Program-made: the position numbers and the translations under genes | NCBI GenBank assembly: GCA_963575745.1 | Contig: CAUYUJ010000280.1 | Coordinates: 1-64,000, forward strand | Direction: 5' to 3' | DNA: 64,000 nucleotides | From: Prorocentrum cordatum | Taxonomy: Eukaryota | The notes under the pieces: model-generated | Database searches by the model: none | What the model saw: only the letters and a program-made list of their open reading frames with translations | Told to the model about the DNA's origin: nothing | Part shown: positions 20,921 through 33,549 of the stretch, one piece after another | How positions within the stretch are numbered: position 1 is the stretch's first letter | Layout of the letters: every line of letters starts with the position of its first letter

Positions 20921-21921
20921 GAGGGCACGGTGGCGGATACACCTGGGGCTCTAGCAACATATTGGTGAGCTCGGATCACCGGTGTGTCGTCGAACGGCGA
21001 GTCGATCACCTTCTGCGGAGGCACAGGGTGGCTGTGGACTTACCTCAAATGAAAGAGGTAATGCAATACTGGTTCGCCGGCATCGGTCTCCACCACCGCG
21101 GCCTCTTGCCCATTGCCCGCGAGGTGACGGAGATTCTCGCCCAGGAAGGCTTGCTCGTTGTGCTCTTCGCGACCGAGACGTTTGGCCTGGGTATGAATGT
21201 GCCTGGCCGCGCTTGCTTCTTCCACTTCAGGCCTGGCTTTCCCCTCGTAAAGTTCGACGGCAATGGAAAGCGCCCCATGCAAGCCAAGGAGTACTGCCAG
21301 ATGAGTGGACGTGCAGGACGCCGAGGTCATGATGAAACTGGCCACGCCATCGTATACCTCGACACCCGCGTTGACGCCGAGCATGTCAGGCGCGTCATGT
21401 GCAGCCCGCCCGAGCCACTGGAGAGTGCGTTCCGCGTTTCCCCGAGCACAGTGCTCGAGTCCACTGGCCACTGTACCCGCACGTGGATGGACTGGCTCTG
21501 CTCGCAGACCCTGCTCACCTTCCAGGGCGGCGGGGGGCATCTCATCGACGACGTCTCGAACATGTACGCCCTCCTGTGGGAATGCAACCTGCTGTCTTCG
21601 AATGGTCGGTCTCGAACCCGCAAAGGTCGAGCTGCATCCGTGCTGGATATAGGGAACGGGCTGCTCTTGGTGGAGGTGCTCTATGACCAGGAGGTGCACG
21701 CCTTGCCAGTCCACAAGCTTGTGGGCATGCTTGCCGCGTTCACGATTGAAGAGAGCCATCAGATCAATGATGGACATGCCATGACGGCGGTCCTTGACCT
21801 TGTCGACGAGAAGATTAATCGCCTTCAAGAAGTCTACAACCGTCACAACATTGCTTGGCGAGGCTTCCGGTTGGCGCGCGGCTTCGCGGGTGCAGTCCAG
21901 CGATGGTTGGAGAAGTCCACG
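20921..21921 (+). CDS. Exon 3 of helicase fusion gene (RecA2 motifs V-VI, winged helix, start of helical bundle; arch absent)
   Basis: LPQM...GIGLHHRGLLPIAREVTEILAQEG, VLFATETFGLGMNVP (V), KFDG, EYCQMSGRAGRRGHD (VI), PLESAF, KGRAA...LLLVE. Acceptor CAG|G at 20920/20921 (alternative TAG|C at 20954/20955). Donor ACG|GA at 21921/21922. Confidence 0.88.
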
Positions 21922-22298
21922 GACTTCACCGCTACGCCACCCCCTCCCACAGTAAACCCATTGAAACTAGCGTCCCAAAACCTTCCCGACCACCAATTTC
22001 CCCAAACAGTGCTTGCACTTGGGGGTTCCGTCTTGGTTTCTGAGACATCTCATGGGTGTTTCGAGAACTCGCCACGTTCCGGCTTATTTCATGAGGCTTC
22101 GCCACGTTCCGGCCCGTGGCAGCTCGTTGCCGGTCGTCGCCGCCTGTGGGGGTGTCCCGAGGATTCGCCGCGGTCCGGCCCGTTGCAGCTCGTTGTCGGT
22201 CGTTGCCGCCTGTGGGGCTGTCCCGAGGATACTCGCCGCGCTCCGGCCCAGAGGCGCCTGGAAGCCTCCCAAACGGTGCTCGCACTCAGGGGTTCTTA

Positions 22299-22486
22299 CG
22301 GCAGGTTCGTGTCGTGTCGACCGGCGGCGACCCCAGCGTGGGCGTTCAAGGTTGAACGCCGCCGGCGACCCAGAATCGGTCGATGCTGAAGGATCGCACG
22401 TCTCGGAAAGGGCCGATCGTTCAAGGTGGAACGATCCCCGAGGTGACAGAAACCGTCGCTGGGGTCGACACGACGCGAACCTGCCG
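22299..22486. mobile_element. Tc1/mariner-like MITE family C copy 1 (TA TSD)
   Basis: TA-CGGCAGGTTCGTGTCGTGTCGACC ... GGTCGACACGACGCGAACCTGCCG-TA: 24-bp TIRs flanked by TA. Confidence 0.8.
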
Positions 22487-22862
22487 TATCCGGTTTACTC
22501 CAGGAGCTGGATGGGTTCCCGGGGTCTGCCGGGTCTTGAGCGGGCGCCCGGTGGGTGGGTGCACCTCCTGTCAGGAGGGAAAAAAACACACAGACACAAT
22601 TAATCGTCGATTTCCCAGAAAATATAAGAAAATATGGGAATTGGGCGGGAAGACAAAAACCAAGAAAATATGGGAAAATATGGGGAATAATTTGACTTGT
22701 GTGTATTTATTTGTTTGTCCTGGGGCCCCTTCACTCCTGGGCACCCCCTGGGCGCCTCGTGGGCGCCCCGCGCTCGGGTGGGTTTCCGGAGGTTTCGCCC
22801 GGTTCCCGCCCGTGGGCGCCGTGTGGGCGCCACGTGGGCGCCCCGTGCGCTTGTACCTCATA

Positions 22863-23051
22863 CGGTAGGTTCGCGTCGTGTCGACCAGCGGCGACCCCGC
22901 CGCCGACGTTCAACGTTGAACGCCGACGGCGGCCCAGAATCGGTCGATGTTGAACGATCGGACGTTGCGGAGACGGCCGATCGTTCAAGGTTGAACGATC
23001 CAGCGCGGTGTCGGGAACCAACGCCAGGGTCGACACGACACGAACCTGCAG
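22863..23051. mobile_element. Tc1/mariner-like MITE family C copy 2 (TA TSD)
   Basis: TA-CGGTAGGTTCGCGTCGTGTCGACC ... GGTCGACACGACACGAACCTGCAG-TA; internal sequence similar to copy 1. Confidence 0.8.
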
Positions 23052-23982
23052 TAACTTGCACAACATATGGTAGCGTGCACCGCTCGGCTTGCGACGCATG
23101 ATTTACATCACGCAGCTCACACAGCATGAGCTAAACCACGCAGCATGTGCAACATGGCTCCCATCACGTAGCTCACACCCCATGTGTTACACAACATGGC
23201 TCACACCATGTAGCTCGTAGCACATAACTTACACGACATAGCATACACCACACAACGTACACATTACACACCATCTAGCTTATTTTCATAGCATGGCTCA
23301 ACTCACATGGCTTACACAGCATAGCCTGCATCACATAGCCCACACATGAAAGCCTGCACAACATAGCTTGCATCGCATAGCCGGCACAACATAGCTTACA
23401 TCGCATAGCTGGCACAACATATCCTTCACCCCACTGGGCAAGAACTCACTTTTGGGGTTCCACGCTGGCTGATAGCAGGCCCCCTCTCATTTTCAATGCT
23501 TTATTATCCCAAATAGGCTTGCCCTCTAGGAGTCCGAGCTCGAACCCTACGGCTTGGTCCGTTGCCCTGCCCCCCCTCTTAATTCCTGTGCTCCCCCACG
23601 AATTCCTATGGCTCTGCCCATGCCTATGCCCATCCCCCCCTTTTTTTCCAATGCCCCCCCCCTCCTTATGTATGCTTGCTTGCTTGATTGCGCGCTCGTT
23701 TGCTTGCTTGCTTGCTTGCACGCTTGCTTGCACGCTTGCTTGTTGCTTGCACGCTTGCTTGCACGCTTGCTTGCACGCTTGCTTGCACGCTTGCGCGCTT
23801 GCTTGCTGAGTTGTGGATTCCAAGCAGGCTCGATTCCTCTGATTCCGTGATTTGAGTCGTCTAATCGATTCGGAGTCAACGCTGGCTGACATCCTGACCC
23901 TTGCATCTCCAAGCCACTTTCCCTTCCATGCCGTTCCCTTCGAGTGGCCGCCGTGGACGAGGGCTCTCTTGGCAGCCCGGAG

Positions 23983-26900
23983 GACTTCGACGCCCTGCTG
24001 AAGGACTCCAGGCTGGAGGCAGGCATCGCGGTGCGCGGGCTGCAGCGCCTGGACAGGCTGCTGGGGCAGGCCTCCGCAGCGCTCGGAGAGCTTCAGCTGA
24101 CGACCCCGCGGAGCTCGCTGGACGCCCTGCGCCCAGTTCTGCGGGCACGGGCCCCGCTGGCGTTCATGCCGTCTCTCCTGCACGACGGCCTCGCCGAGGA
24201 GGAGGAGGCGGCCAGGCTGCCCGGGGAGGATCAAGTCTTCACGGAGGCGCCGCCCGAACTGCGGCGCAGGCCGGACGGTGAAGGCTGGGCTCCAGACAGG
24301 GATGGGTGGTTTGTGGAGCTGGACCCTCATGAGGTGGGCTTTTCGCACAACACGATCAGCTGCAAGTTTTCGGACGGGCGGCGTCTGGAGGATACCGTGG
24401 CCGAGCTGGTGGAAGATGAAGAGCTCTGCTACCAACTGGCGAAGGACATGCGCGTCGTCTACTTCCAAGGGAGGCCGTATACACTCGGGAACCGCAGGCT
24501 GGCCGCATTCCGCCTCGCATGCCAGCGCGCACCCCAGAGGCTGAAAAAGCTGTGCTTCCAGCTCGCAGACGAGGCGGCTGCGCTCAGGTGGAAGTGGTGG
24601 AGCAAGTTCAGCACGGGCCACTTCCTCGGCATGCGGGCCGTTGTCAACACCACGGGTTGCGTTGTCGGCGAGTCTGCTGCGGCCACGAGGTTCTGGCCGA
24701 GCGGTGAAGATGTGCCCGGGCGCGGCTACGCCGCTGCGGCGGCCCAGTGCGCAAGGATGAACCTCGAGCTCCCCCCACCTGCGACGAGCCAGCCACTCAC
24801 GCTGATCCTGCCTGACGTCCTGTCTGGGCAAAGCATCCGTATCTCCGAGGCCACTCTCGCCAGGGCCATCTGCGGGCTGGACCCCCCAGAGAAGCGCAAG
24901 CCAACAAAGGGCCGGAAAGCTGCTCCAGACCTGGACTTGCGAGAGCGGCCAGCAAGGCGGTTCGGCATTTCCACATTGGCCAAGATCCCTGCTGTGTTTC
25001 CAACGTTGGAGGCCTGGACCACAAGCTTCGGCGGGCCCCTCCTTGCAGAAGTGGAGGAGCAGATTTTGGGCCGTTGCTCCGACGATGCGGAGGGCAAGGC
25101 GAAGGAGCCGATCGTGTACAGGAAGGCGTGGCTTTCAGGAGTTCGCGACGAGGAACGCGACGATATCGAGGACCAGGCGATCAACCATGAAGATGGCGAC
25201 GTCTTCAAGATTGATGCAAACGGAGTGACTCTGTCGAATCTGAAGGATTGGCTCCCTTTCTCTGTCTTGCACCTGCGGATACCAGGCATGGCATGTCAAT
25301 TTGGTATAGTCGCCCCTCAGGGCTCAAATCAGGAAGGGTCTCTCTACCTACGTACCAGGAAGCTGCCTGTCCTGCAGTCACTCGTTCAGCAAGCGGAGCA
25401 ATCAGTCGAGGTAAAGGCTGGTTTCGTTACTTGCATCCTGACGGAACTCCGCATTTGCCGAGCGATGGAATCACCGAGCCAGCATTGCCCGGTGTTCTGG
25501 CCCTCCATTGCGGGTGCAGACACGCAAAAGATTTCCCTCCGAGCCCATGGGACACAGCAGGCACTAGTCAGTGACATTCGTCAGCACGAGGCGGCCTTGC
25601 AGAGGTCCAGCCTCAACCAGCCACAGATAGGTTCTGTGCTGACGACCCTGCGAAGAAAAGAAGGGGTGGTGCTCATCCAGGGCCCGCCAGGCACGGGCAA
25701 GACAAAGACACTCTCCGTGCTCCTTGACCGGTGCGTGGCGGTACGGCAGCGGTGCCTCGTGGTGGCCCCGACCAATACCGCGGTTCAGGAGTTGCTCAGT
25801 CGAGTTCTTGAGCATGTTGCTGCCTGGCGCATCGGCTACGTGGCCCACCCGCTTACTGCTGAGGTGGCCCGGGATCACGACTTGGCGTGCGTACTAGCGG
25901 ACCACCGCGTAGCTCAGTTGCACGAGCTCGCAGCCGATGTTGCATGGACCGTCGATAACTGGTTGCAGGCGCCAGCGAGGCAACCACCAGACTCCGACGA
26001 TGAGTACGCCCCGGGGAAGGCAAAGGGCAGGGGCAAGCTGGGGAAGGGCAAGGTCAAGGGGAAGTCCGCGGGTGAGGAGCGCCGTGCCAGGCGTGCGCAG
26101 CGTCGGGAGGACTGGGGCTCGAAGCTGTTTGCGCATGCCGCCCAAGTTCGTAGCGAGCTGCGCCACTTCCAGAAGACTCTCGAGCGGTGGCGCTCCCAGC
26201 TCCTCCTTCTGCCGCCAGAAGATTCTGGAGTCTACCTAGATCCAAACCGGGAGCCGAGCCCGGCGGCGTCGGCGATCGAGCAGCGCGAGGAGGAGGCCAT
26301 GGGCCAATTCGGCAGGCTCCGGGACCAGCTTCAGAGCTCGCAGCTCCCCGAGGAGCTGAGCCTCCTGCACCGCCGTCTGGAGGCGAACGTCCCCCGGACG
26401 TGGGCAGAGGCAGTCGCAAACCCGGAGAAGCTGTACGAGTGGCTGCAGGGCTTCGTCCGCCGTCCCACTTGCAACGGCTACAAGGGGGGCCTCGGCTGGG
26501 GCTGCGGCAGCCTGGGCAGGTCGGGCAAGGGCAGGGCGCCGTTCGGTCCGGGTAGCAAGGGCTCGGCCGCGGCTGGTCCCAAGGGCAAGTGCAGCAGTGA
26601 TGTGGAGAAGGCAACGGCCGTCCTCAGAGCACTTCGCGAGGCTGCGCGTGACGCCGCCAGCGTCAAGCCGATGGACCTGCAGGACGCGCTGCTCCGGCGG
26701 TGCGAGCTCATTTTCTGTACCGCGGCGGTCGCAGGTCGTGGTGCCGTGCAGAGGCAGTGGGTGCAGACAGTGCTCATCGACGAGGCCTGTCAGCTTGCGG
26801 AGGCCGTCACGATTGTGCCCCTCCGCTCCAGCATTCAGCGCCTCGTGCTTGTTGGCGACCCGCGCCAGCTCCCTGCGTTGGTGCTCTCGCGCGCCGCGGA

Positions 26901-27471
26901 GCACGCTTCGTATGGTCGGGGGATGTTCCAGAGATTGGTCTCCATTGGTGAGCGCCCCGAGGTCCTCGAGATCCAGTACCGCATGCACAGAGACGTCGTT
27001 GCTTGGCCAGCGAACCATTTCTACCGCCTCGACGGTATACAGCTTCGCACCGGGCCATCGGTCATCGCTCGGGACGAGCTCCAAGCACCACCGCTGTTGG
27101 GCCCGGCTCGTTTCGTGCATGTCAGTGGCGTCGAGCAAAGAAGTGGCCACTCGTGGCTGAACGAAGACGAGGCCGCCCTGGTTGTTGAACAGGCGAGGTT
27201 GCTTCGCGCCCTGCACCCAAGCTTGAGTATCGGCGTGATCACGCCCTACCTGAGCCAGGTGAAGGAGGTGCAGTGGCGCTTGGCGGACGCTGACCTCACG
27301 GACGTTCAAGTCAGCTCCGTCGACGGCTTCCAGGGTGACGAGCGCGATGCGATTCTTGTTTCTCCCGTGCGCTCGAACTCGAAGCAGCACATCGGATTTG
27401 TTGGCGACGCGCAGCGCCTCAACGTTGCCGTAACGAGGCCCAAGCACTTTTTGTGGATCTTCGGCAACAAG
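23983..27471 (+). CDS. Exon 4 of helicase fusion gene: DSHCT, ParB/Srx-like domain and Upf1/Sen1(DNA2/NAM7)-family SF1 helicase
   Basis: DFDALLKDSRLEAGIAVRGLQRLDRLLGQ...LAFMPSLL resembles the Mtr4/Ski2 C-terminal FxxI...EGxxxRxxxRLxELLxQ...IxFAxSLYL. Next is FSHNTISCKFSDG...YTLGNRRLAAF. Then LNQPQ, IQGPPGTGKT (25681), VAPTNTAV, IDEACQ, VGDPRQLP, QYRMH, GVITPY, SVDGFQGDE, RLNVAVTRPK. Acceptor GAG|G at 23982/23983; donor AAG|GA at 27471/27472. Confidence 0.9.
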
Positions 27472-29403
27472 GAGAGAGAGAGAGAGAGAGAGAGGGTAAA
27501 CCGCAAGTTCGCAGCGGCACGACAGTGAGCGTTTAGTGCTCGTTTCGCGAAGGGGGGATGTGGGGGGGTTTGGGGCGGGCGGAGGGAGTACAGATTGGAG
27601 CGCGAAGTAGTTCCGATGCCCCCTGCGGCGTGAGTGCCGCCATTGATGTGTGCAATTGTGTGCTCGTGTCTACGATCGCTCCTGTATATGTTTGTGGGCA
27701 TACCTGCGTGCCTGTGAGCAGTGCTGTTACCTGTACCCGTCGGTCGTTGTGTGTATGTATGTTTGTATGTCTGTCTGCATGTCTGAGTGTCTTTATGCCT
27801 GCATGTCTGTATGCCTATTTGTCTGTATGCCTGTACGCCTGTATGTCAGCATGTCTGTATGTCTGTATATGTCTGTATGTCAGTATGTCTGTATGTCGGT
27901 CTGCCGGTATGCCGGTATGTCAGTATGTCGGTATGTCTGCATTTCTGCATGAACTTATGTATGTATGTATGCACGTGTACATGTGTATATGTACACATAT
28001 AGATGAGGCGTTGAAGTAAGGGCCTCGTCTTCGAGGATCGAAGGGTTTGCAGTCTCTTCTTCGGCGGACGGCGGCAGAAGGCTGGGGGAAGGCGGCAGAC
28101 GTAAAACGAGGCCGCCTCCGCCGGAGGAAGGCCGGCGGAAGCCGGCGGATGCAAGAACTGGCTCCTGGAGAGATGGCAAGGTTCAGGCAAATGGACTCGT
28201 GTGTTCAGTGTGCCCCCTATGCATGCATGTATATGTAAATGTAGATCTCTATGTAAATGCATATGTATATGAATATGTGAATGTAAGTGTATATGTACAG
28301 GTATACGTATGTGCATATGCAAATGTATAACCGGGCTTCCCCCTCTGCCGCCGGCCTCCTTTTTACAATCGCGGGCGGCTGCGCTGGGGCATCGTTGGGG
28401 CCTCTTGGGGTCTCCTTGGGGCTTCTTGGGGGCCTCTTGGGGGTCTCCTTGGGGCCTTTTGGGGGTCTCCTCGTGGCCTCTTGGAAACATGTTGGGTTTC
28501 TTGAGTGTCTCCTTGGGTGTCTCCTTGGGGGCCTCTTGGGGGCCTCTTGAGGCCTCTTGGGGACCTTGTTGGGGCCTCCTTGGGCCATCTCGGGGCGGAA
28601 AGTTCGAGTTTTCGGTTCGTGGACTCCCTCTTGGGCCGCTCTGGGGACCGTCTTAGGGCCCTTTTGGGCCGTCTGGGGCGCCTCTTGGACCGTCCGTCTT
28701 GGGGCCCTCTTCGGCCGTCTTCGGGCCGTCTTGGGGCCTCTTAGGCCGTCATGAAGGCTTCTAGGGCCGTCGTTGGGGCGATCTTGGGAACCTCTTGGTT
28801 CGTCTCGGAGCGTCGGAAAGCCGAAAAGGCGAGAAGGCCAAAAACCTTCAAAAACGGTAGGACAAGATTTGATTGTTGCTTCGTGGGGCCCTCTTGGGAG
28901 GCCTCTCGGAGGCCTCGGGGGCCGTCTTGGGAGCATCTTGGGCCGTCTTGGGGCCATCGTGTGACATCTTGGGGCCATCTTGGGCCGTCATGGCCTCCTG
29001 AGGCTCCCTGCGGAGCCTCGTCGGGCAATATTGGAGGCCTCTCGGGCCGTTCTGGCCCCGCGGTGTCGTCACCATGAGAATCCTCGGGTGGCCCGGAGTA
29101 GCCTGGATATGAGGTTCACGCCCCCCGGTTGGCTGCTTGGTGGCGCGGCGGGGCCCCTTATCAGGCAATAAACAGAAGGCAGGAAACAGGACTGGAGAGA
29201 CATAAGGCCAAACAACAAATGACAGCACATAACACATGACAGCAGGCCGCACACATCTTCGCAGCCTTGCGCCCCCGGAGGGGGCCGGCGGATATGAGTG
29301 TATATATTTACAAACATACATACACATATGTGTATATATAACTATATAGAGATATGCATGTTTGTGTATATGTATGTACATGTAAATATATGTATACGTA
29401 TAC

Positions 29404-29441
<38 letters not shown>

Positions 29442-29659
29442 CCAGAAGGGCTTCGCACATCGCCGCCGGCCCCCCTCTCTGCAAGAATGTGAGATCTCAG
29501 CAATTACAGCCGATGCGAATCCATCTGAAGATGCCGCGGTCTGCGCTTTCGTGGGGAAAACACGGCCCGAGATCCGCCCGATCCGGGGCCCTTCCCGGAG
29601 CCCCGCCGCTCGGCTTCTTCCCGCTCTCGCCCCCGCGAGCTGCGCCGGCGTCGAGAGGT

Positions 29660-29691
29660 TTTGCCTGCGCGCACACGCGCACACACACAGG

Positions 29692-29726
<35 letters not shown>

Positions 29727-29960
29727 GCACACACACATGCGCAAATACGCACACACACACACGCACACACAGGCACACACACACACGCACACACACACAC
29801 ACACGCACACACACACACGCGCGCACACACAACACACACAACACACACATGCATAGGCACACGCACACAGGCACACGCACACGCACACACGCACACACGC
29901 ACACACGCATAGGCACACGCACACAGGCACACGCACACGCACACACGCACACACGCACAC
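29660..29960. repeat. (CA)n/(CACG)n microsatellite
   Basis: Direct reading. Confidence 0.9.
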
Positions 29961-31265
29961 AGTTGTGTACGTCGCAGCGCGGCAGAAGCAATCCGCAGGC
30001 GCGTCCGGGCGAGACCGCTGCGAGCACACACGAGCACACACAAGCACACACACATTCACGCGCACATGTTTGCGTCGGCTGCTAGGCAGAGTAACTGCGC
30101 TGGCGGAGGGCTACCTTAATGGGGGTACCGTTGTAGCGCATTGTGCCACCATGCAGGACACACACACATGCTCACACACATGCATACATACACGCATGCC
30201 AACATACACGTTCACAGACATACATACATCAATGCAGACATACGTGCCTACATGCATACATATGTGCTTACGTGCGTAGCTACATACTTACACACTACAT
30301 ACATACATGCATGCATCCATACACACATACATACATACATGCATGCATGCATTCATGCACACATGCAAACATACATACATACACACATGCATACGCATAT
30401 ACAACCATACATGTATGCATACATACATACGTACATATATGCACAGATGCATCCATGTAGACATGCATACATACATACATATATGTATACACATGTACAC
30501 TTAGACATACATACATACTCACATACATATATACATACATGCATGCATGCATGTATACATACATGATTGCATGCATGCGTACATACATGTGTCTGGCACT
30601 GTATGCTACATGCGTGCCCTTTTCACAGGTACACGCATTCACACGCACACACACAAATATATATATATATATATGCACATAGAGAGATACGCACAGCTAC
30701 GATCGTCATCATAACAGTAGACTCGAATACACGTCATAGCCCCGATCCAGAGCTGAGGAGCCGCGTCTACACCAAACGCCACTACCTGACAATCACAGCG
30801 CGCCTGCGAACAATCGCTTGTTAATTGATCTATTACGTTTTTTCTGGAAGTGCTTCAATTCTTGCGGGCACGAGGTTTGTTGGTGGAGATGAGCACCTGA
30901 GGTCAGGCTCCATGGGAAGCCACCCCCAGATCATTGAAGAATTCCCTCGCTGGTTCCGTTAACATCCCCCGCTCTCCCCAGTCTCGGTACCCCGACGATT
31001 TTTCCCACTGCACCATTGCATTAAATAGCGTTGCGCTAGATGGCATGGCATAGCAGCGCACACCGTGGCACACCAGAGCGCATTCCCATACCACAGCATT
31101 GCACAGCAAAACCACAACCTTGCACGGCAAAGCACAGCATTGCATAGCGCGGCATGGCGATGTATGGCGTGGCATGTATGCACTGCCACATCATCGCAGA
31201 TCGCAGAGTGCACCACACACACATATATATGTATACATTGCACATCGTTGCGTGTGACATCTAGT

Positions 31266-32834
31266 GTTCGCAACCATCATGTGGTGTTGGGTCCTCGTTT
31301 TGAATCCGCAGCGCCGCGTCCGTCCGTCCTCCCGTTCCTCCTCCTTCCCCTCTGTTCTACACGTGTCCATTCCCCTGGATTTTCATGGCTGCACAGGGAG
31401 CTCCACATAAGGCCCCACTGGGTGAGTACGCATGCGGCTCCCCGCCCATTCCGGCACACCCCTCACACGCTTCGCGGTCTCACAGGGAGCTCCATGTAAG
31501 GCCCCAGCGCGTGCGTCCACATGTGGGTCTCCACACATGTCGGCACACCTCTCACACGTATCGTGGCTGAGGGAGCTCCACCGAAGGCCACATGGGGTGC
31601 GTCCATATGCGGCTCCCCGCCCATTAGGGAGCCCTACCTGCGTCCCCATGCGGCCCCACGCCAATGTCGGAACACGCCTCACACGTTTCGTGGCCCCATT
31701 GGGAGTTCCACCTACAGCCCCAGAGGGTGCGTCCACATGCGGTTCACCGCCCTCTCCGGCACACCCCTCACCACTTCCGTGGCCCCGCAGGGAGCTCCAC
31801 CGAAGGCCCCAGTGGCGGCTCCCTGCCCATTTCACATGCTTCGCGGTCCCGTCTGACGTGCACCTCTGACGTGCACGGCGCCCTCTCTCTCGCGGTCCCG
31901 TCCGAGCTCCACTTTGAGGCCCCAGCAGCTGCGCCCACATGCGACACCCAGCCCACTTCGGCACACCCCCTCCCACGCTCCGCGGCCCCAGACGGAGCTC
32001 CACCGAGGGCCCCCGTGGGTGCGCCCGCGTGCAGCTCCCCGCACATGTCGACAGGCACCGCACACGTTTCGTGGTGCCCCTTCCGGCACACCGCCCACGC
32101 ATGCCGTGGCTCCATGGGGAGCTCCACCCAAGGCCCCAGCGGGTGCGTCCACGTGCGGCTCCGCGCCGATTTCGACACACACACACACACACACACACCT
32201 CACGCTTCGTGGACCCAAGTGGAGCTCCACACAAGGTCCCAGTGGGTGCGTCCACGAGCGACTCCTCGCCCATGTCGGCACCCCTCACAAGCTGTACGGC
32301 TCCATATTGAGTTCCACCTAGGGCCACAGTGGGTGCGTCCACATGCGGCTCCCCGCCCACCGCGGTACACCTCTCACACGCTTCGCGGTCCCTTTGGAGC
32401 TCCACCGGCCCCAGTGGTTGCGTCCACATCCCGCTCCCCGCCTATTTCGGCACACCCTTCACACGCTTCGCGGTCCCGTTGGGACTCCACCGAAGGCCCC
32501 AGTGGGTGCGTGCACATGCGGCTCTCCGCCCACTGCGGCACACCCTTCGCACGTTTCGCGGTCCCGTTGGGACTCCACCGAAGGCCCCAGTGGTTGCGTG
32601 CACATGCGGCTCTCCGCCCATTGCGGCACACCCTTCGCACGCTTCGCGGTCCCTTTGGAGCTCCACCGAAGGCCCCAGTGGGTGCGTGCACATGCGACTC
32701 ACCGACCATTTCGGCACACTTCGCACGCCTCGTGGCCCAACAGGGAGCTCCACCGAGGCCCCAGTGGGTGCGTCCATATGCAGCTCCCCGCCTATTTCGG
32801 CACACCTCTCACACGCTTCGTGGCCCCATAGGGA
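31266..32834. repeat. Older, diverged copy of the satellite-bearing element at 10566
   Basis: Same head (GTTCGCAACCATCATGTGGTGTTGGGTCCTCGTTTTGAA, 2 mismatches) followed by degenerate ~90-bp units containing GGAGCTCCACCGAAGGCCCCAGTG. Confidence 0.8.
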
Positions 32835-33549
32835 GTCTTACTTCGTCCTACCTGCCTTGCTGTACTCACACTTGCATTCGGTTGCATCCTTCGCCAGGGT
32901 AAGTTATTGGGCGTAGAGAGTCATAACATGGGACAGGTTTACAGACCCCCTTGGGCAGCAAACGCCGTAATATGTGACAGCTCTGTTCTTCAGGGAAGGC
33001 CCGCCCAGAAGACCGTAAGATGTGTTACTTCTCTTGCTTGGGTCCCCGAGGGTCATACATACCATGTGAGCTGTGTTCCATTTGACACGGAAAGGCGTGA
33101 TATGCGACAGTTCGGCTGCATTTGTGGGAACAGGACTACCCCTACGCGGGGCCAGGCCGGTCTCAATAGGCAGGAGAGGAAGGCAAGAGTTCACGATCAT
33201 ACATTCGCGCATGCACGACAGTCGTACACGCACGCACACGCTTGTTGCTATTGTTGACCAGTGCCTGCATCTGTGCGTTGAACTTAGCAAGTCGATACCA
33301 GCACGCATGCGAGTACATCACATGAGTCTTACACGTAAAACTTGGCGCACCAACGTTGCACCTTTATCACAGCACGATAATGTGAGTCGGCAGGCATCAT
33401 GCACAAGTGGCATGATCAAAACAAAGCCATACTACGCGTTCGCTCTGAAGTGGCACGGCTTACGGCGGCACGATCTGTGATGCAAGAGCTTGAGCACCGT
33501 ACAAGTAGAGCAAGCAGAGCCTTGCAAGCAATCAGCGTCTCATCGCCAG

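Noticed and set aside
1162..22389. Two separate truncated DEAD/DEAH helicase pseudogenes
   Set aside because: They are complementary halves, the missing motif IV is found as a small exon at 18556, and splice phases are compatible.
23944..27528. Stand-alone SF1 helicase gene starting at GTG 23944 and ending KERERERERVNRKFAAARQ*
   Set aside because: The N-terminus is the DSHCT of the upstream helicase, and the C-terminal ER run is an intronic (GA)n tract; the SF1 motif continues at 33550.
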